In this document: in pieces, positions 50,950-63,732 of the stretch
Position numbering within the stretch: the first letter of the stretch is position 1
How the letters are laid out: each line of letters begins with the position of its first letter
Assembly: GCA_004431415.1 (NCBI GenBank)
Contig: QPMI01000470.1
Span: 372,001-436,000 of the forward strand
Direction of reading: 5' to 3'
DNA length: 64,000 nt
Origin: Cyanophora paradoxa CCMP329
Lineage: Eukaryota; Plantae; Glaucophyta
Position numbers and translations under genes: made by a program
Notes under the pieces: model-generated
What the model was told of the DNA's origin: nothing
What the model saw: only the letters and a program-made list of their open reading frames with translations
Database searches by the model: none

Positions 50950-53900
50950 TCAAGTCACGAGGCCGCCGAGGCTGAGGCCGCCGACCTCCGTCCGGTCGTG
51001 CACCCGAATCTGCGATTTTGGGGAGATTAATCACGAGGGCCAGCCTCACAGCCCGACAGTGCTAGTAGCCCTAGTAGATCATCCACATGGGGAAGCTATA
51101 AATTAAAGCTATCAATTGCAAGCTATAAAGCGCATGCGCAGTCTCGAGGGCCAGCCTCACATCCCGACAGCTCTAGTATATCACGATCAATCATTGAATA
51201 TCATGATGCGACGGCACCTGGCTGATCGTCAGGATGCAGGCGGACAGGACGAGGCTCGCCACGCTGCAAGGAAGAAGCCCTCGTGCGTGAGCGACCGCAA
51301 TTGCAAGCTATAAAGCTATAAAAAGCTGCAGAGCTATAGAGCGAGCTACATACAAAGCGCGGTCTGATCATGATCATGACGCCTGCGCACCTTCGGAGGA
51401 GACCGAAGTTCATGCGCACGCCCACGAGCGACTCCGGCATCAGCTTGTTGTCCGCCTGCCGGCCAAGCGTAAGGGCTTATATTAGGGCCCAGCTTGATTA
51501 TATTCAAAGACGAGGCTCGTCAGTCGACGCCGCGAACTCGAACGCGCGGACGGCTTACACATAGAAGGATCTATGGTCCGGCAGAGCCGCTGGAAACAGC
51601 GGCGCGTGGGGGGGGGGGAGGGGGGGGGGGGGGGCAACCCCCTCCCTGCCTGGCCGGACCTATCCGAGCAAATTGTTATTTATACATAGAAGGATCCACC
51701 ATGGCCATGGACAAGCTTGTAATCAAGGACAACGAATAAATAAATACATATGAAGGCACGCATGCGCACCCGGACGGCGGCGTCGGCGAGGTGGAGGTGG
51801 CGGGCGCAGGAGCAGAAGTCCAGGTCCTGCCCGCACAGCTCGCAGGTCAATTCACAAGGTGAGAGCGATAAGGCAGAGCGATAAGAGAAGAATCGAGCAG
51901 TGTCCCCTTCTAGATCTGACCATCCCGGGCCGGGGGCGCAGCGCGCGCGCATCACCTTACCTGCCCGCACAGCTCGCAGCAGGAGGAGGAGGCCCCCGGC
52001 CCGCCCGCGCCCGCCCCGCTGCCCCGCCGCTGAAGCTGCATCTGGCCATGGCCCGCCGCCGCTCCCTGCAGCTGCGCTGGGGCGTCGATGCCGGACCGAT
52101 ATTTATATATATATGGGAAACTCCTGATCATGAGATTTATATAGCTAGATCTAGATCTAGATTAAGGCCGAACTTCGCACCTCGGCGTCGCCGTTCGAAA
52201 TCAGGCCGCCCCCTTCTAGATCTTCCGAAAGCTGCGCCATTGCGGGTCCAGGGTACACCTGCGAGGGCGCGCGGTTAATAATAAGCCGAGCGAAGTAACG
52301 CAGTAATTATATAAGCCGAGCGATTGCCTTGTGTTGGGACCCGCGGCGCGTGAGAACCTCGCGCCCCCCCGGCCGCTGGCCATAGCCATGGGGCGCCGGC
52401 GGCGGCTGAGCTCCGAATACTGATCCCGCGGCCGGCTCCGGTTCCGGCCTCGGGTGAACAAGCGCGGCGCTGGAGACGTTGACAGTGTGGACGCTGCCGC
52501 CGGCGCCGGAGCCGTGCGGGGCGCCGGTCGAGATGGCCGGAGCATGCTCCAGCTGAAGGTGCAAGTGCACGAGCAGGAATCGGTGCTGCGGCAGCGAATT
52601 CCGTCAGTTTGATCTGATCACGAAGCTTGATTATTGCACGAGCAGGAGCAGCAAGCTAGTTTAAGAGCTTAAGTTTAGAAAGAATGAAAGCATCTTTAGC
52701 TAGGTCTAGGTTTGATCAGCTTTATCAGCATCAAGACGGATTACTCAATCTAGTTCTAGATTTAATCATTAGGGCTAGTTCTAGTTCTAGTTCTAGTTCT
52801 AGTTCTAGAATGAAAGCATCAAGCTCAAGATGGATTATCCAATCTATATAGCTACGTGTAGGAGCAAAAGGACGATGCATGCAGGAGCAAAACGTATCCA
52901 ATCTAGGTCTAGAAACCGAACCTATATATTAGATCTGACCTCCGAGGCTAATTCTAGGTCTAGTGTGACTTGGAACTTGAACTGACTGCAGCTGACCTCC
53001 TGGGCGAGGTTGTTGGAGAGCATGCGGCAAGCTAGTTTAAGATCTAGAGTTGGAGTTTAAGATGACTTCAGAGTTGAGGTTTAAAATGTCTCTAGTTCTG
53101 GCTTGCTCACTTCTTGGGCGAGGTTGTTGGAGAGGGCGCCGAAGAGGACGGCGAGGACGATGCAGGAGCCGAAGAAGACGACGTCGATGACCGTCAGCAG
53201 GAAGAAGAGCTGTCCGGCCCGCGGTTAACACATGAATTATAACCAAGAGATTGGATATCTAATTTTATAAGAGAAGGAACTTGGTTCTTAAGCACGCTTA
53301 TCATTATAAGTAACTGTCGCCAGGCGCCGCGCTCGGCGTCGGCGTCGGCCCGGATCCGGAGCACGGGAATATCAATGGGGCCCCACCCCACATGTACAGC
53401 AGGAACAAGAGCTGCCCATATATAATCTCGAAGAGAAGGGAGGACCTTCGATCTTAAGCACGCCTATCATTAAAACTAACTAACTAGTACTTGGCCAGCA
53501 AAAGAAGCCCCCCAAAGAAGTCTATTATTATCCGATCGGTCGCCTGGAACATCGCGTCTATCGAAGAAGAGCTGTTGGCGTGGGATCGATTATATCCCAC
53601 CTGCGGGATGCTCTTGTCGGTGAAGACGGAGGAGTACAGGACGACGGCCATCAGGCCCAGCAGGCACAGCGCCATGCTGCGAAGGAAGGAAAGCTTCAGG
53701 GCGAAAGAAAGAGAGCGATGCAAGGGAGAAAGAAGGAGAGAGCACATGGAGGTGAAGAAGGAGAGGCGGAGTGTGAAGCGCCACCCGACCTGCGAGGCGA
53801 CCCGCCGCAGCTGCGCCTGCGCGCCGCGCGGTCGACATCGTCGATCGCGGCGTCAGATCCAAGGCTCCAAGCCTCCGAGGCTCATCGGCTTTGAGGCTCG

Positions 53901-56900
53901 AACTGCTTCAGAGCGCAATCTTATTGCAAGCTAACCGTTCAAACTCTGAGGCTCACGCTTGCCTTGACTAAGCAAAAAATGATGGCAAGCGGAAGCTTCG
54001 AATCCCGCACAAATTAAATTTAAACGGGGCAGAAGCAACGAAAGCTCTACTAGGCTAGGGCACCCATGCGAGGATGTTGGTGCACCCATGGGCAGGCGCG
54101 GATATCGATGTTGGCAAGCTATAGCCGCTGAGCTTAACGTCTGAAACTTAAACTCGAGCTCAAGCTCAAATCTAAACGGATCCGGAGGGCACCCATGCGA
54201 GGATGTTGGTGGGGGTCTTCAGGTCCAGCGAGAGGTCCGACGCCTCGCCCTGCACACGTACGTCAGGCTTCGAATTCAGCAGATCTCGGCCTCAGAAGGA
54301 AGCCTCGGTCCGAATTAGATCTAACGGGGAAGAGAAGGCTCTAGGGTCTAAGTCAAAGGACAGGCTAGAGAGGTCCGACGCCTCGCCCTGCACGGGGCCG
54401 AGGGGCGCGTGCAGTCAGCCTGATTACAAGGGCCTTGAGAGGTGTTGTGGTTAGCCCTATATATATCAAGAATCTCATTAGAATATGGAGGAGAGAATCT
54501 TAAAAATTATCAGCTAACTCGGTAGTAAAGCGTCCAGAGCCGAACTGAAGGGTGCCGAATCCGAATCGAAGGGTGCGCGGGCTCTAACCTAAAGGCCTTT
54601 AGAAGGTTTTGCAATTACTATTGGTCAACCTTAAGCTTATCGAGACTTCTACGTATTAGATCTCGAACCTTGAGGATCTTGACGGGGACGCGGGGGCCGG
54701 GCGCATGCGCCCCGGGCTCCACCTTCGAATTCGAATTGATCGCCGTCAGTCAGAGTCCGGAAATTCCAAATTTCGATTCGAATTTCGAGCGCTAGCGGGG
54801 CGACGGGCCCGGCGGCCTCAGATCTCAGAAGAGATCTAGAGCCTCGGTCCGAATTAGATTTAACTTTCTTTCTTCTTCGGACCAGCTAGACAGGTCTAAT
54901 TGATTGGATCTAATGGGTTCTAGAAGGCTCTAGGGCCCAGGACCTAAGGACAGGCTGGAGAGGTCAACTTCAAGCGGAGATTCGAATTTCAAGCGCGGCG
55001 ACCGGTACCTGCCCAGCGGCCGTGTCGTCGGCGTCGGACCGGCGCCGCTTGTGCCGCGCCCGTTCCTGCCCAAGTCAAGCGACGTCGACGTCAAGCTCTA
55101 ACGACGAGCGAATAGAATTAAAGCGTAACGAGGCTATCGGGGCGCTATGTTGTGCTTATTTGAGCAGCTTGTATCCGGCCCATGCCAAGCCAAAAGCCAC
55201 CTTGAGGGCGACTTTATATAATTAGCTAGGTTAAGCTGCCAAGGGGCCTAGTCAGGGGGGTTACCAAGCTTAAGTTGAAGTCAAGGCCTATATACAGCTA
55301 GGGGCACCGGCACGCTATATATAATCTATATATAAGCTAACTCTATATATAGGTACCAAGCTCAAGTCAAGGCCTAGGGGCACAAGGCCTAGGGGCACCT
55401 TGAGGGCGGCCTCCATGGCGGCCTCCTCCTGCTCGGCGAGCTCGAGCTCCGCCTCGTGCACGTTGCGCTCCGGGCAGAGGATCTGGCGCCCGGCCCGTTA
55501 CATAAGCTTAAGTTAAATAGTGCTAGAGGTATAGTTATATATGAGGGCGGCTTCCTTAGCTGAGTTGAGCTGATTATTATATGTTAAGCTAATTCTCGGG
55601 GCAGAGGGGCAGAGGACCTCGCCCACGGCGCTCGGGGCAGAGGATCTGGCGCCCGGCCCGGTTATATATATAAGTTAAGCTGTAAGTTCTATATATAAGG
55701 GCGGCTTCCATATATAGTTAAGTTCAGCTTAGTTAAGCTAAGTCTCGGGAGGGGCAGCGGACCTCGCCCACGGCGCGGAGCCACTTGTAGCGCCGCCGCG
55801 TCGCAATCACTGATCGAGATTTGATCCATGATTTGATCAGATGCATGTAAACAGCGGCCGGCGTGGCATTACATGCACGGCACGCACCGCTCGTGACCAT
55901 GATTGGGGCGATGAAGTTGAACATCACCTGAGCCGGGGCGTGGCGCGGCGCGGCGCGACTCGCCAAGTAAGAGAGAGAGGGGGAGGGAAGGAAACGGGAA
56001 TATATTCTAAATATATAATGCAGCCCTAGATCTAGATCTTCGCGATCTGCGCTGACCATCGCTCTAAATCTAAAAAGTGCGGCTCTATAGCTAAATCTTA
56101 TATTAAAAGCGCGGCTCTATAGCTAAGCGGCTCTTAATTAGTGCGGCCCTAGATCTATAGCTAAATCCAGAGCCTCAGAGGAGGAGGGCGGCCAGATTGA
56201 TCTATTGCTTAATCTAAATCTAGACCGACCATCGCGCCGCCGACGATCATGTTGGCGGAGAGGAGCTGCATGCGGCCCGACGTGTTCCACAGCTGCCGGC
56301 CCGCCTCCTCGCTGATCACGTAGGGGAGCGACACCTGCACGAAGTCGAAGCTTGAGATTGAGATTGGGGGGCTCAAGCTTAAGGATGAGGATCATATTAA
56401 GCCGAAGGAGAAACGTAAACTGGAAGGTCCGGCGCCGGCCGGGATCGAAATTGGAAGTGCTAGTGCGCTAGTACATGTTCAACAGTTAGGATTTATGTTC
56501 AGGGTCCCAAGTTTACATAGTTTCAGGGCCGGACGTCGACGCGTGTACATGCCAGGCAGAGAATAAGATTGGGAGGCTCAAACTTGAGGGGTGCTAGTGC
56601 GTTAGTACTAGCATTTATGTTCAGGGTACCAAGTTTAGATAAATTTCAGGGCCGGAAGCGCGCACATGCCAGGCGGTGAGGACGAGGCGGAGGAGGACAT
56701 CCACAGAGGCGAACAGGAGCGAGTTGGCCCGCCGCGAGAGGCGCTGCCCGGGTACCGGTGTCAGACCTCAGGGCGGCGAGCGCCAGGCATGGGAAGGGGG
56801 GAGGGGAGGGGGGGTGGGGGGGGGGCGGGGAGGGCGGAGGGGGTAAGGGAAAGGGCGATGAAGGGAGGCGGGGGCGGGGGGGGCGCGCGCCAGCATGCAT

Positions 56901-59900
56901 ATGGGGGGGCAGAGGGTGGGGAAGGGGCGGGGGGGAGGGAGGCGGGGGTGGGGAAGCACGCGCCAGCATCGGGGGCAGGGCCTCGGCGCGCCCGGCGGCC
57001 TCCATCTCGCGCCTGTACCGCTCCCGCTGCTCCGGCGACGTGTCCAGCATCGCCTGCAGAAAGGCAATTAATATTATAACTTATTCCCGATAACTATTAG
57101 GTTCTAATTGTATAAAAGACGTGTCCAGCATCTCGTGCAGAAAGGCAATTTAAAGGGGCCGGGGCAGGCAGCTGCAGGAAGCTAAAGCTTCGAATTCCGG
57201 GGCCGGATCGGACCTGTGGGAGCCAGAGGCCTATGTATAGCTATAGCCTAGAAGCTAGCTATCTAGACCTTTAAGGCATAGCCATATGCATCACCTAGTA
57301 CAAAGATCTAACTTGAGCTTCTCATACGTTTTCTCATACGCATCGGACCTGGAGGAGCCATAGGCGGAAGGGCACACCGACGACCTGCTGCGGCTCCGCG
57401 TGCACCACCTGCACCTGCGCGCTCCTGCATGTTAGGTTCTAATTTCATAATCGAAGGAGGTGGAGGGGCGGGGGGGAAAGGCCGGGGGAGGTGGGGCAGG
57501 GGGGAGGTGGGGGGGGGAGGGGGGAGGGGGAGTGTGGGGGGGGGGGGGGGGCGGGTGGGGTGGTTGGGGGGGTTGGGGGGTTGGGGGAGGGAGGGAGGCC
57601 CGGGGGGAGCCGGCGGGAGGGGGGGGTGGGGTGGGGGGGGTGGGTGGGGTGGGGGGGGGGGGGGGGGCGGAGGTGGGGGGCGGTGTACATGTGTGTGTGT
57701 GTGTGTGTGTGGGGGGGGGAGGGGGGTGGGGGGGGGGGGGTCGCCAGCAGCGCACCGCGTCCTCGTCCTCCGGGCTGAAGTGGATCGCCGCCCCCAGCGC
57801 CGTCGTCACCTGCGGGGGCCCCCGGGCCCTCCCCGTTCGAAGAATCCCGAGGCGGCGCCTTCGAATTCGATCCGGACTCTATAGAAGAGGCCGACTCTAA
57901 AAGGGTCTAAAGAACTCTAATAAAAGGGACCGCGAACTTTCCAGCCTCTAATCATAAGCTCCCAATTGCAAAGAATCAATGAAGCACCTCTTGGAGGGAG
58001 TTCTTGAAGTAGAGGAGCTGGGTGGGGTCCACGCGGATGCGGTGGCACGCGTCCTCGATCTCGTCCCGCGCCGTCTTCGGCGCCAGCGGCAGCCACCTGC
58101 GCGAAGGGGAGGGTCGCGCTTGAATTCAGGTTCCCTCGTATCAGGGTTCAGGTACGGCGAGTTAGTGCTCCTGGCGCCGGCCACATGCATAGCTCAGCGT
58201 AACTTTTAGCGTTAGGTGCACGTGCGCGCTTTAGCTCAGCTTATAATTAGATATATTTGCATATGCTCATATATAGTTTATTTGGCTTCGTGCTAGAGAT
58301 CTGGATCTAGAGCGTCGCTTCTTGCTTGTCAGACGGAGGGCGCACCCGAACAGGAGCTCCTCAGAGCGTGAGAACTCGGGGGGCAGCCTCCTCTTAGCTT
58401 AGCTTAAGATTATCTATATATGCATCTTAAGATTAGCTTATAATTAGCGCCGTCTTTGGCGCCAGCTTGCAATTGTATCTCTCCAATCTAGACATGCTCA
58501 TATATAGCTTGTATGACAGGGCCTATAGCTATGCTGTCTAGAGAGCGTCGCTTAGGGCGCCGGCGCACCCGAACAGGAGCTCTTCGGAGCGGCAGAACTC
58601 GGGGGGCAGCCTCCCCTGTAGCGACCTGGATGCGCGCGCGGGCCGCAGCCTCGCCGAGTCAGAGATGCATGCCTTCGCTTTGCTTCACTTCGCTTCGAAG
58701 CGAAGTGCGCGAAGGCGGGACCGGGCGGGAGGGGCGGGCCGCAGCATCCTCGCCGAGTCAGAGATTTAGACGCACGCCTTCACTTTCATTTAGCGCGGCG
58801 CCGGCGCCGGCGCGCGAGAAGTGCTCAATCTAACTTGGAGCGCGTCTCATGATAATTATATATGCATGATAATCGTGATCACCTGCGGTAGAGGTAGGGC
58901 GGGCGGAGGCCGTACTTAGCGGCAATCATCACCGTCCGGATGAGGAGCTGCGCGCACGCACGAATGTGAGGGAGATAGTCATAAGCGATGAAGCTTAAGG
59001 AGCTTAAGCTTAAGGGATGTGGGCGAGCGAAGGGATGGGGGAGGGGGGGGGGGGTGTCCGGATGAGGAGCTGCGTGCACGGCGAAGGGATGAGGAAAAGA
59101 GAGCTCTAAAGCTTAAGAGGAGCTGCGTGCACGAATATTTAATGTGGGGGAGCGAAGGGATGAAGCTGAAGCGGGGCGAAGAAATGAAAGCGGGGCGAGG
59201 AAGCGATCGGAAGCAGTTCGCTCTACAGAAAGCGATGAAGCGGAGCTCTAAAGACTGAGAGAGGCGCGGAGATCTAAAGAGAGGTCTGAAGCCTTAGAAG
59301 CAGTTATTATCCTTAGAAGCCTTCGAGAAGCGAAGAAGGAGAAAAAGAAACAGAAATTAAAGCAGTTACGAGGCCGAAGAAGAAGTAGAACTCGATGGAC
59401 TTGGCGGAGCGCTCCGCCGGCTGCCCGATCAGATCAGATCAGATCAGATCAGATCAGATCAGATCAGATCAGATCAGAGCGCGCCTTGAGAAGGAAGAGG
59501 TAGAGGAAGACGGCGAGGACGGGCGTCGCGTGGAAGATCCAGATCGCCTGCGGCGATTATTTGGGGGGGGAGGGCGAGGGGGGGGGGGGGGGGGGGGTTA
59601 GAGCTCACGGGCGTCATCCTGTGGAGAAGACCGGAAGGTAAGTCAGTGGGCGCGCGGCTACAGGGGCAGACCGCATGCGCAGGACGGCGGCGGCAGGCCT
59701 AAGTCTAGGGCGCGCGGGCGGGGCGGGGCGCGAACCAGTAGAGGCTGCAGCAGGCACAGAGGAGACGGCGATGGAGACGGCGGGACACGAGGTCAGCGGC
59801 ACGGAGTCGCTCGGGGTAGAGGAAAGGGCAAAGAAAGACATGGTTCAGGGCTCTAGCTTTATATAGGTTCAGGGCTCTAGCTTTATATAGGCCTAGGGCA

Positions 59901-61574
59901 TTCGAGGGCGAGGGGTACGGGGCGGAAAGAGGGGGAGAGGCATTACGGGAGATTGCGTACCCCCAGAAGTGACGCTGCGCATCGGTTCCGATCATGATCA
60001 GTGAAGAGGTCGGGAGAGGGGGTGGGGGGGGGGGGGGGGCAAGGGGCTACAGGGATACCTGCTTGAGGGCGGAGTACCCCTGAAAGAAGAGCACGTAGGG
60101 CAAGGTGACAGGGAAGAGGAGATGCACTGACGAGAAGCATTGGAAAACAAGAAAGCAATATTAATAAGCGGATAAACACCGGCGAACTCCTTCCAGAACT
60201 GCTGCCAATGAATCTGAAAGGGATCGGAGTCAGTTTCCGATCCATCCAAATCAAATCCAAGGGCGGGCCGGGGCGAGGCGGGGCGGGGTCAAAGAAGGGG
60301 CGGGGCGGGGCGGGGTGAGTCGGCGCGAGCACCAAGCTTTAGGGCGGGGCGGGCGGCTAAGAGAGCCGACTAGGCGGGGCGGGGGGCGGCGGCGGGGCGG
60401 CAGGGCGGGCGGGGTGGGTCGGCGCGAGCACCAAGCTTTAGGCGGGGCGGGGCGGCTAAGAGAGCCGACTAGGCGGGCCGGGGCGAGGCGGGGCGGGGTC
60501 AAAGAAGGGGCGGGGCGGGGCGGGGTGGGTCGGCGCGAGCACCAAGCTTTAGGCCGGGCGGGGCGGCTAAGAGAGCCGACTAGGCGGGGGCGGCGGGGCG
60601 GCGGCGGGGCGGGGCGGGGTGGGTCGGCGCGAGCACCAAGCTTTAGCCGGGGCGGGGCGGCTAAGAGAGCCGACTAGGCGGGGGGCGGCGGGGCGGGCGG
60701 CGGGGCGGGGCGGGGTGGGTCGGCGCGAGCACCAAGCTTTAGGGCGGGGCGGGGCGGCTAAGAGAGCCGACTAGGCGGCCGGGGCGAGCGGGGCGGGGCG
60801 GCGGGCGGGGCGGGGTGGGTTGGCGCGGGCATCAAGCACGGGGCGCCGGCGGGGCGGCAGGGCAGGGTGGTCCCGTCGTGGGGGGCGTAGGGGGGGGGGG
60901 GGGGGGGGGGGGACCACTTAAGAGATCTGGGGTCAGCTTCTAATTCGGAAGTCGTTCAGCTAGAGATCGTAGGTTTCAGATGAGATCCAGGGGCGGGGCG
61001 GGGCGGGCCTTGACGCGCAGCATGACGCCGGAGGAGGAGTCCAGTCCCTGCACGGCGCGCGAGTGCGCCGCGCTCGAGCCCCCCGCGCCCGCTCCCGCCG
61101 CGCCCCGACGCGCCCTCGCGAGTGGCGGTCCCGCGCTCACGGAGCCGGCCGCCTGCAGCTGCGGTCGGCCGCTTTCGTCAGATCTAGAGATGCGCCAACT
61201 CCGATCAGATCGGCGCGCACCGCCGTCGTCGACGCCGCGTCTTGCAGCGGCGCTGTAGACGCCCAGGCTCCGTACGCGTGCGAGCTCTGGCCGTAAGGCG
61301 GGCTGGCGGCCGCGGGCGGCCCCTCGGGGCCCGGGCCGCGCTCGGAATTCGAATGGGAGGCGTGCCGCATGCGGACGCCGTGCTGCTGTTGCTGGCCATG
61401 GGCGTACGCGTACGCGTACGAGGCCGAGGAGGCGGAATTCGAAACCGACGAGGCAGCGCCCGAGATCAACGCCGGGTCCGCGTGCTGCAGCTGCTCGGGC
61501 GACGGCCATGGATCCTGTCCCGGCTGGCCTTGCTCCTGGTCTCCGAGCTCCACGACCCGCACGTCGCCCGCCAT
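50950..61574 (-). CDS. Large multi-exon polytopic membrane protein, PHTF-like C-terminal region
   Basis: Exons include IHWQQFWKEFA, LLIRTVMIAAKYG, LSLDLKTPTNILAW, VGWRFTLRLSFFTS, LFFLLTVIDVVFFGSCIVLAVLFGALSNN and LMPESLVGVRMNFGLLR|SVASLVLSACIL. The pattern resembles the PHTF C-terminal region (NIxxWxxLR...G.xR). Gene ends and some internal exons are uncertain. Confidence 0.55.
60252..60835. repeat. Intronic minisatellite, about 5-6 copies of about 100-120 bp with a core gtcggcgcgagcaccaagctttag...ggcggctaagagagccgactaggcgg
   Basis: Directly visible, with variable GGGGC spacers. Confidence 0.9.
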
Positions 61575-62169
61575 TGCCGCGGCGAGCTGCGCCGGAACCT
61601 CCGACTCCGAGGATTGGGATTCCGATCGCTGAAGAAGCTTGGTTTTCTGGACGGCGTCGAACTGCAGTTGCAATGCAGTGCTTTCAGCCGCGCTCGCTGC
61701 AGCTGCTGTTGAAGAGATGACGCGTCTGCAACTGGCGCGACCTCACCCCGATCGCGAGCTCCGACTTCGAGTTCCGCGGCACTTCCGCCGAGCTCAAGAA
61801 GTTCAGCAGCAGCGCTCAAGCCTGGCAAGCTTTAATTATAATTTGCAGCGATGTCGAACGCCGGGAGAGCAACCGTCGAGTCGGCGTCGACGCGAACACG
61901 CGCAAGGCGCACGGCCGCGCCCCCGCGGGCCGCGGCGCCTGCTGGCCGCTCGCCTTGATCGCGCTCTCGAGCAGACAGCTCGCGAGCAGTGGGGGGTACT
62001 GACAAGGCTCGCGCTTAGCTATAGGGTACAGCGGCGCCCAGGCGTCGTGCCAGCGCTAGCTCGGGCGAGCCGCAGCACACGCTTCGAGCTTCGGCACACG
62101 AAGAGGACCCGGTGACGCGCGGTGGCAAGCCCGCGGCGCCGCTCGCACGTTGAAGCTCCGGCGGGGCCC

Positions 62170-63732
62170 ATGGCGGGAACGACGGAGAGACGCGCGCCGG
62201 ACGGCTCGTTCTTCCGTATGCCGCCGTTCGGCCTCTCGTGCGCGGCCCGCGCGCCCGCCCCGGCCAGCGGACGGCTGACTCGAGGGCCGCGCGTCTGTCT
62301 TCGCAGGACGGAAGGATTCGCCGCAGAGGACGCGTACGCTGCGGTCAAGTACGCGATCGTGCGGGCGAACTACAGGCTCTTCCACCTCGAGGGGGACGAC
62401 GCCGTCCTGCGGGCGGCCGGCGCCGCGCTCTCCGAAGTCTTCGGAGACCCGACGTACGGGATCAGGCGGGAGGACGTATTTCTCATCGGGAGCCTCGTGC
62501 GTTCGCTTGCAATCCCTTCGTCTCTCGTCTCTCAGCGAGAGCGGACCGCTGAGCGCCGCGCGCGCGCGGGGGCAGTGGCCCACGGACGCTGCGCCGGAGC
62601 GGGTGCGGGCCGCCTGCCAGCACGCGCTCGACCTTCTGCGAACGAAGCGCTTCGACCTCTTCGTCGTCTCGGTACCCGTCATTCAATGCTTTCGCCCGCC
62701 GCCTCTCGGACGCCGTGCGGTTGACGGCCGCGGGCGCCCGCGCCGGCGCCGCGCCGCGCAGTGGCCGGTCGCGTTGAAGACGGGGCACGGGCGCCTGCCC
62801 AAGCCGGGTACAGCGCGCTGCGAGTGCTGCAACCTGTTCATGACCGACTCCATCGTGCGCCGTATCCCCCTCCGAGCTCTTGCCACCCCTTCCCCCCCCC
62901 TTCTCCAACTGCCGCCCAGGTACCCCTCGCGGACACGTGGCGCTCATGTGAGGCCCTCGTCGACGCCAAGCTCACCCGCGCCATCGGCGTGCGTCCCCGT
63001 ACCCCCCTATCGATCCGCCGGATCGTACCCCCATCCTCACTGCTGTACCCCCCGCCCTGCCCCGCCCCGCAGCTCGGAAACGTGGCCCCCGCGCACGTCG
63101 CCGATGTCCTCGATTCGTGCCGCATACCCCCCTCCGCCCTCCTGGTCTTTCCTCCCCCCCCCCCAGCCCCCTTCCCCCCCCTGATGTACCCCGCCAGGTC
63201 GAGAGGACGCCGTACCTCCCCCAGCGGCAGCTCCTCGACTTCTGCAAGGAAGAGGTGAGCGCGAACCCCCCGCTGCCCCCCGCCCCTTCCTGACTACTGT
63301 ACCCCCCAGGGCGTGGTCCTGGCGGCCCTTCACCCCCTGGGCCCCGCGGAGGCTACCCCGAAGGCCCCCCGCCTCCTGGAGGAGCCCGCCGTGACGCAGG
63401 CCGCCGGCCGCGCCGGCGTATCCCCCGGGCTGGCGCGCCGCGCACCCCGTAACCCCCCCGCGCTCCCCTCACGTATCCCCCAGGCCCTCCTGGTGCACGC
63501 GCGGCAGACCGCGCCCGACTCGCCGCTGCTCCTGGCGGCCCGTACCCAGGACGAGATCCGAGCCGCCATGCGCGCACGTACCCCTCCCGCTTTCAGAAAC
63601 ACGTACGAACTTAACGTGCCCCCCTAACTTCGTTTGCTCGCAGCGAGTGCCTGCGGCTCGCGGCGCTGCCGGCGGGGGACGCCGCGGCGCTCTCGGCGCT
63701 TTCGCGGCGCCCCCACCGCTACTTTAACCCCG
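62170..63732 (+). CDS. Aldo-keto reductase-fold protein, probably catalytically degenerate; the 3' end may extend to or past the window edge
   Basis: AKR-like segments AVKYAIVRANYRLF, IRREDVFLIGS, PERVRAACQHALDLLRTKRFDLFVVS|WPVALK, LADTWRSCEALVDAKLTRAIG, VERTPYLPQRQLLDFCKE and AALHPLG. Confidence 0.8.

Noticed and set aside
57429-57900. Gly-rich and Pro-rich ORFs
   Set aside because: They come from an intronic poly-G/(GT)n tract in the PHTF-like gene.
60252-60835. Repeat array as CRISPR or a regulatory array
   Set aside because: The spacers are low-complexity GGGGC runs rather than unique sequences. It is an intronic minisatellite.
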